A DNA stretch of 64,000 nucleotides. Origin: Podarcis liolepis (taxonomy: Eukaryota). Below are positions 57,901 through 64,000 of the stretch, in pieces. Position numbers and translations under genes: made by a program. The stretch is taken from the NCBI GenBank assembly GCA_965112155.1, contig OZ218106.1. One strand, 5' to 3'. The first letter of the stretch is position 1, and each line of letters starts with the position of its first letter. The notes beneath the pieces are model-generated. The model saw only the letters and a program-made list of their open reading frames with translations. It did no database searches and had not been told where the DNA came from.

Positions 57901-60900
57901 AGGGGAAGCATCAGGGCTGGCTTGGGGGGCCAGGAGACCCCCGGGAGGTCTCAGGGAGGGAAGTGCAAGGCAGGCAGCCAGGCAAGGACTCCCTCGGGCC
58001 TCACAGTGCAGAGGCCGCCCCAGGGCAAGGGGGCTGGCCCCACAGTGGCACTGCTTCAGCTTCCAAAGTGAGCAGGCACAGTGCCAGGCGATGCCAAGGC
58101 TGGCTTGTGGCCCGCAGAACCCGCTGCTGCCACCATAAAAACACTCCATCATTTAAAGCGCAGTCAAACCTAAAAGTCGTGTTTTGCTGGACAGCTGAAG
58201 CTCCCAGCATTTCCCTGTGCGTTTGCTGGAGAGAACTCTGTGAGAGACAGTCCCCCGGTGCCCAGGCGGGCAGAGGGCACAGCCATAGATCTCTTCTCCT
58301 TGCCTGCCTGGGCACATGCTCTCGTTTTTGTCTCTTCATCCCCAAGCCAGAAATGGGAGAACACCTGCGAAGTCTGAGCTCTAATGTTCAGACACCATTT
58401 TAAGCTAAGCTGAAGTCTGCCTCTCAGATTGGCTCATTTGGTTGGAGCCTGGTGCTGAAAACAAAGGTCACAGGTTTGATTCCCATGTGGGATAGCTGCA
58501 TATTCCTCCATTGCAGGGGGTTGGACTAGATGACCCTCAGGGTCCCTAGAGGCTCGACAAATTTTGTCTCTGTAACTGAATTACCATTTTAAGCTGCTGT
58601 TATTCTGCCTCAGAAACTCTGAGTAGAACAGGACAGGAAAGTCGGTTTCCAGGTGGAAAAATCAAAATTAGAAACTGAACTGTTAGAACCCAACACTAAG
58701 AATTTATCTAGAATGTACAACTTGTTGTTGAAATGGAACACACAGGATGAAACAGTTAAATCGGCAATGATTAAGTGGGCTCAGGATGTTGGACACAATA
58801 TTATGTCAGCTGACTGGGAATGGTTATGGAACACCGGTATAAAATTTACGGCATGTAATGCCTTAAAGGAAAATATTATGAAAATGGTATACAGGTGGTA
58901 CATGACCCCAGTCAAGCTGGCAAAAATCTATCATTTGCCCGATAACAAATGTTGGAAGTGTAAAGAGACTGAAGGTACCTTTTATCACCTTTGGTGGACA
59001 TGCCCGAAGATTAAGGCCTTCTGGGAAACGATCTATAATGAAATGAAAAAGGTACTTAAATGTACCTTTCCTAAAAAACCAGAGGCCTTTCTCTTGGGCA
59101 TTGTCGGCCAACTGGTGACAAAGAAAGATAGAGCTTTTTTCATGTATGCCACAACAGCAGCAAGAATACTCATCGCAAAGTATTGGAAGACACAAGATTT
59201 ACCCACTTTGGAAGAATGGCAGATGAAAGTGATGGACTATATGACACTGGCCGAGATGACAGGCAGAATCCGTGACCAACGAAAAGAGACGGTGGAAGAA
59301 GAATGGAGAAAATTTAAAAGCTACCTTAAGGACTACTATAAACTTAATGAATGCTAAAATGTCGTGGTTTTCAGAGACAAAGGGGTACAGGGATATAAGG
59401 TTAGACTATAAAAGAGGACTAAGATGATTGAGATTGGAAAGTAACAATTGGGAGTTGCTAGTTGAACTACGGACATTGGGATGCAGAGAGGGGGGGTATG
59501 GGGAAGTCCAAGAAAAGAGGTTTATGAAAATATGTTTGAAACTATACGTGTATGTTTGTCATTTTTAATGTTTGTTTGTTTTTCTTAAAAATGTTGCAAA
59601 ACCAATAAAAATTTTATAAAAAAAAAAAAAAACAGAAACTCTGAGTAGATGTTATTTTTATCTCTTACAAGACTGTTTGTGTGATTATTGTTTTAAAAGG
59701 GGGGAATATCAGGAGAATCCAATCTGCCTTAAAACATCCTAGATTACTTAAACGGAAAGGCTGAAACTAGCCCATCTAAGCAGCAAAAGGGATATCACTC
59801 TGCAGAACTCACAAGTGTGAGGACGAAGAATATCGAATAAATCTAGCCTCTCCTGGCATCTATTCAACACCCCTGGCTCCAAAGGGTCATGGCGGCTCTA
59901 GGCCTGGCCAGTGGGGGCTCCTTGGGCAACCCAGACCCCCCCCAGACCCGCCTCACCCATCTCGCTGCGCCTCCTTCTTCTCCAGATCCTGAATGACATC
60001 CAGTAGCACCTTGATGGTTCGTTGGCTGGTCTCCAGCACCCCCTCGAGGGACTGCAGTTGGGAGTGGATGTCACCCCCCCGCCCGGGGAGGTCCTGAGAG
60101 GCTGGCGGGGGCTCCCTCTGGGCGGCAGCCACAGACACCAGCTGCAGAAGGTGGTCCTGCCCGCGGGGAAACGTCTCCCCGGGTCCGGCGGAGAGACAGG
60201 TCTCAGGGGGGCAGCTGCGACCGGAGGAGGGCAGAAGGGGGTCCGGAGGCTTCTGGGAAGGCGTGGGGGCTGGGGGGTGGGCCTGAGTGGTGCTGAGGCT
60301 CTCTGGGGAGGCCGCAGGCGCTGCTGGTTTTCCTGACTTAGGGGGCCCTGCTGTGGGAAGCAGGAAGGCAGAGGTGGGGTCTTCGGTGGGGGGGCCCTGA
60401 GCAAGGGGGCAGGGGGCAGGGATGCCCCTCTGGGGGGCACAGGGAGGGGCTCTTGAGGCCTGCTCAGAGGGGGGTGGGCACAGCCAGGGGGCGCCAGAGC
60501 TGCTGCAGCTGCTTGGTGTGCCATGGGGCTGCGTGGAGGAGGGGGCACAGTGCTTGCGCTGGGAAGAGCAGCTGGCCGAGAGGCACGGGGCCCCCCGCCC
60601 CGGGTACGGGGGGCATGACCCCCGGGGAGCTGGCAGCCCGGGGCACAGGGTGGCAGGAAGTCTGGGGCACTGCTGGGCATGGGGTAAGGCGAGGGAGCAA
60701 CCAAGGGCAGGAAGGCTGGCGGTGCCCCCCAGGGGCGGATCCTGGCTGCAGCCCACTGCACAGGGCGCCCCCTCCTGGGCGAGGTCGCAGGAGCTCTTGC
60801 TGCGGGGGGGCCGCTGCAGGCTGGGTGACGTCTGGCTGGCGGTGCTGATGCCAGTCGCCCCGTGGGGATCCGGCAGGGCGAGCAGCAGGCGGGGCCCGGA

Positions 60901-61134
60901 TTGGGGCCAGCTCCGCCTGGCGCAGTTTGCGGCAGAGGCACGTGGGGGGTGGCTGCCCGGGGGCTCCTCTTCGCCCTCCTCCAGGTCCTTGAAGCGCACC
61001 TGCTGGGCGCGGTGGCGGCGGCGGCGCTGCAGGCGGTCCTCAGCACCCGGCGAGTCGCGCTTGAGCAGCACGGAGCGGACCCCGGCGACAGCCTTCTCTT
61101 GCCCGGCCTCCGGGGCTGCCTCCTGGCTGGCCAT
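54919..61134 (-). CDS. INSYN2 (FAM196)-family protein, probable third paralogue, 3 coding exons, ~483 aa
   Basis: Exons 61134-59957, 57760-57686, 55117-54919 (phases 2,2); strong Kozak gctgccATGG. Family motifs VRSVLLKRDS, RAQQVRFKD, QTSPSL, coiled coil [65 protein letters not shown] and C-terminal KKSRRKCFWFL. Acceptor at 61556-61555 indicates an upstream non-coding exon. Confidence 0.9.
55923..56110. mobile_element. Penelope-like fragment with internal inversion
   Basis: 12-bp direct repeat CCCTCCTTAACA at 55911-55922 / 56111-56122; 23-bp inverted repeat at 55928-55950 / 56033-56055 (22/23 match). Confidence 0.7.
58428..58548 (+). mobile_element. SINE with tRNA-like head and CR1 tail
   Basis: A-box-like TTGGCTCATTTGGTTGGAGC and B-box-like GGTTTGATTCCC, followed by CR1 tail GGGTTGGACTAGATGACCCTCAGGGTCCC. 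Confidence 0.6.
58628..59632 (+). mobile_element. 5'-truncated L1-clade LINE (ORF2 C-terminus with CCHC finger, 3'UTR, poly(A) tail) with 17-bp TSD
   Basis: Uninterrupted ORF 58653-59357 with CWKC-x8-H-x4-C; AATAAA 59604-59609; A15 at 59618-59632; identical flanking CAGAAACTCTGAGTAGA at 58611-58627 and 59633-59649; AT-rich against the GC-rich host. Confidence 0.93.
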
Positions 61135-62601
61135 GGCAGCCCCTTTGCCCCTCCAGGGGGGCGTCACAGCCTCCTGCCCCGCATGACCGCAAGCCGTTCC
61201 CCAGAAAGCGTCGATTCGGCTGCCCCCTCCGCCGGGGCGCAAAGCATCTCTCCCGTGGGTGCTGCTGCCTGGGGCTGAGCCTCAGCAACTCCCAGGGGGG
61301 CAGCCGGCGCCTCATGGCTGGAGGAGGCCTGGCCTTTGCCCCCCAGCCGGCAGGAACCCCATGGCCTGCTCTCCCCCCTCCCCCCTCTCTAGGGTCCGTC
61401 CCTGGCCTCTGAGGGCCCCTCTCTGGGCCGGGAGAAGGGAGGGGGGAGAAGGGAGCCCATCCTGCTCACAGCTGCTGCTTCCGCTTCCCGAGGGTTGGTC
61501 ACTTGTGGGGCCGGCAGGCACAGCGCCAGCCCATAGCCTCCCAGGGCAACGGACCTGCAGAGAGAAGAGAGGAGATGAATGGGTGGAAACCTGTTCCGGC
61601 TATATTCCACACCACAACCAGGGCTAAGAAAAACAGTGCAAAAGTAAGACAGGAGTCATGGAAATAAGAGAAGTGTAGAGCTGCAAGGGACCCTCAAAGG
61701 GCATCCAGTCCAACCCCCTGCAATGCAGTGCAGGAATCCCTGACTTGTCCTATAAACCGGCCTGAACGCTACGCAGAGCAGAGCAGATGGGGAGTCAGAA
61801 GAAGCAGCCTTGCTAGCCCAGGCTCAGATCAAGTGGCCCAGGAGCCGAGGAGAGTCTGCAGCCGGATGAGGCTACCAGGGTGGGGCCTCCTAGTCCAGCA
61901 CCCTGTTCCCCTCTGGCCAGCCAGATGCCCTCAAAGGGACCTGAGAGCAGCAGCCCTCTTCCACTCTTGTTCTCCACCTTTCTAAGATAGACTGATGCTA
62001 TCCATGGAGGCTCCACTTAGGAATTACAAGAACCTAAAGGGAGCTCTGTAGCAGCTGGATCAGGCCACTAAAGGGGCTGACCATTAAAGAGCAGCTGTGG
62101 GGGGGGGGGTTGCATCAGAGCAGGGCTGAGGGGGGAGGGCTTAACCCTTTCCTTTCCATTCACTTTTCTTCTGAAATAACTCCCCAAGCCTGTCACCCAC
62201 CCATCTCACCCAAGGTCTGGTGAAACAGACATTCGTGGAGGACGAGAGGGCGATCGATTGAGGGCCACTGGCCAGGATGCCCCGCTCTGCCTCCACAGTC
62301 GGAATCTGCAAGGCTTCTGAATCCCCATGGCAGGAGGGGGGCGCTGCCATGTGCTCTGCTCCTGCTTGGGGGGTTCCCACAGGTCGGCCCCTGTGAGGAC
62401 AGGATGCTGGACTCGAGGGCCCCCGGCCTGACCCAGCAGGCTCTTCTGGTGTTCTTAAAGCCCCTCCCAAACGTGCCCAGTTTCCTTCCAGAGGCTCCCA
62501 CAACCCCCTCTGCCACGTGGCCCCCTCCAGTCTCAGGCAGGATCACAAAACACAAAGCGACAAGCTCTGGTCTTTGGTGCTGCTGCTGCTGCCTCTGTTT
62601 G

Positions 62602-62602
62602 A

Positions 62603-62686
<84 letters not shown>
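62602..62686. repeat. (GA)n microsatellite with GGGA interruptions
   Basis: Seen directly in the sequence. Confidence 0.95.
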
Positions 62687-62687
<1 letters not shown>

Positions 62688-64000
62688 AGGGGGGGGGAGA
62701 AGGGGCCCTTCAGCGTAAACAGGCCAGGAACGCCAGCCAGGCAGAAGCCACAGCTAAGAATAGCAGCCTGGCCTTCATGGGGAGCAGGAAGAGGAGGAGG
62801 AGGAGAAGCCGTCCCACCGCCTGTGTCGGCCTCCAAGAGGAGCATCGGGGGGACACCCCCCAAGAGCCCTTGCTGTGCCCCCTCAAACCGACCAGGGGGT
62901 CCATCTCCCAGCCCAGAGGCAGGAGGGGCCACAGCCTCTTTGCCACAGAGAGCATTCCCCGGCTGGCGTCCCTCCCCCCCCCGCCACTCAGTTTCCCAGC
63001 TGACCTCCAAGTGGCTGTGTCGGGGGGGGGCACCTTTGGGAACTGGGGGGAGAAAGCAAAAGGTAGCAAGCCTGTGAACATTTAACATGGTTGCCATTAT
63101 TATCAATGGCTCTTGGTTTTCTTGCCTGCCCACCACCGGAAGGTCCCAGGATACAGAATGACAGAAAGGTCATCCAGACCAGCCCCCCCCCCCGCAGGAA
63201 TCACAACTGATTCCATGATTCTGACAAATGTCCTTCTGACCTCTGCTTAAAAACTGACAACAAAGGAAAGGAAGGTTACAGCCACTTAAAAATGCAGTAT
63301 TAAAAACAGTTTAAGATGAATTACTGTGGGATCTAGGGATCTATCTTCAACAGAGAGCCAGTGGTCAGTGCTGGACCGGGACCTGGGAGAGACTAGGGTT
63401 TGAATCCCTCCTCAGCCAGGAAACTCCTTGGGGGATCTTAGGGGTCCGTCCTGCTCCTCTCAGCCTGACCCACCTCACAGGGTTGTTGTGGGGATTAAAT
63501 GAGGAGGAAGGGAGAAGCATGCACCTGCCCTCCTGAGCTCCTTGTAGAAAAAGGTGGGGTGGAAATTCAATCAAGAAATAAAACCCCAGGTGTCATCGAG
63601 GGTAGAGTGCAATGGAACCTGTTCCACAGGACTGTCAGGGGCCATGAGAACAGGATGGCGGACTCGATGGGCCCCTGGCCTGATCCAGCAGAGCTCTAAG
63701 AAGGCCTAAAGAAGGTGCCAGGAGCCCCCTCTGTAAGGTGGGAATTCCCAGAGAGCCAAAGGAGAGCCCTTTAGCCGGGTGGGAGCCCCCAAAGCCGTGC
63801 CCTGTGCCCAGCACTCTCCCCTCCTGCAGCCGACTTGGCAGAGAGGAGGGAGAATGAAGGGCAGAGGCCTCCTGGTTGCGCAGGAGGGGCGTCCCAGGCA
63901 GGCCAATGCCTCCTGGCAAGAGGGCCAGGCCAGAAGAGCCCCCTTCTGCCCAGCTGCAGTGCCTCCCCCCCCCCCACTGTGCCATCGCTTCTCCCCAGCA

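Noticed and set aside
58428-58500. tRNA gene
   Set aside because: Degenerate cloverleaf fused to a CR1 tail, so it is a SINE head.
1-64000. CRISPR arrays or prokaryotic systems; frequent G/C homopolymer runs as specific G-quadruplex elements
   Set aside because: The sequence is a spliced vertebrate locus with no repeat-spacer array. G/C runs are ubiquitous background here, and their lengths may include sequencing error.

Overview
GC-rich, gene-dense vertebrate genomic DNA. The CR1/L2/RTE/Penelope/tRNA-SINE repeats suggest a lizard (squamate). The window carries the block syntenic with human 2p13: M1AP(+), DOK1(-), LOXL3(+), HTRA2(-) and AUP1(+), all with coding exon structures I reconstructed by hand. 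Downstream of AUP1, where human has DQX1/TLX2, are two intact genes that I do not know from mammals at this locus. One is a 6-exon, 157-aa BNIP3/NIX-family mitophagy-receptor paralogue with LIR, MER and TM dimer motifs, a degenerate BH3/SRPE region and HRE/E-box sites. The other is a 483-aa INSYN2 (FAM196)-family paralogue that is not nested in a DOCK gene. Other notable items: three short Penelope-derived insertions with target-site duplications carrying minimal hammerhead-ribozyme folds, two polybasic cassette exons in LOXL3 SRCR2, a GC-AG intron and two in-frame stop-free introns in M1AP, tightly opposed poly(A) signals, and a young 5'-truncated L1 with a 17-bp TSD. Orthology and human comparisons come from recalled protein motifs, not database searches.
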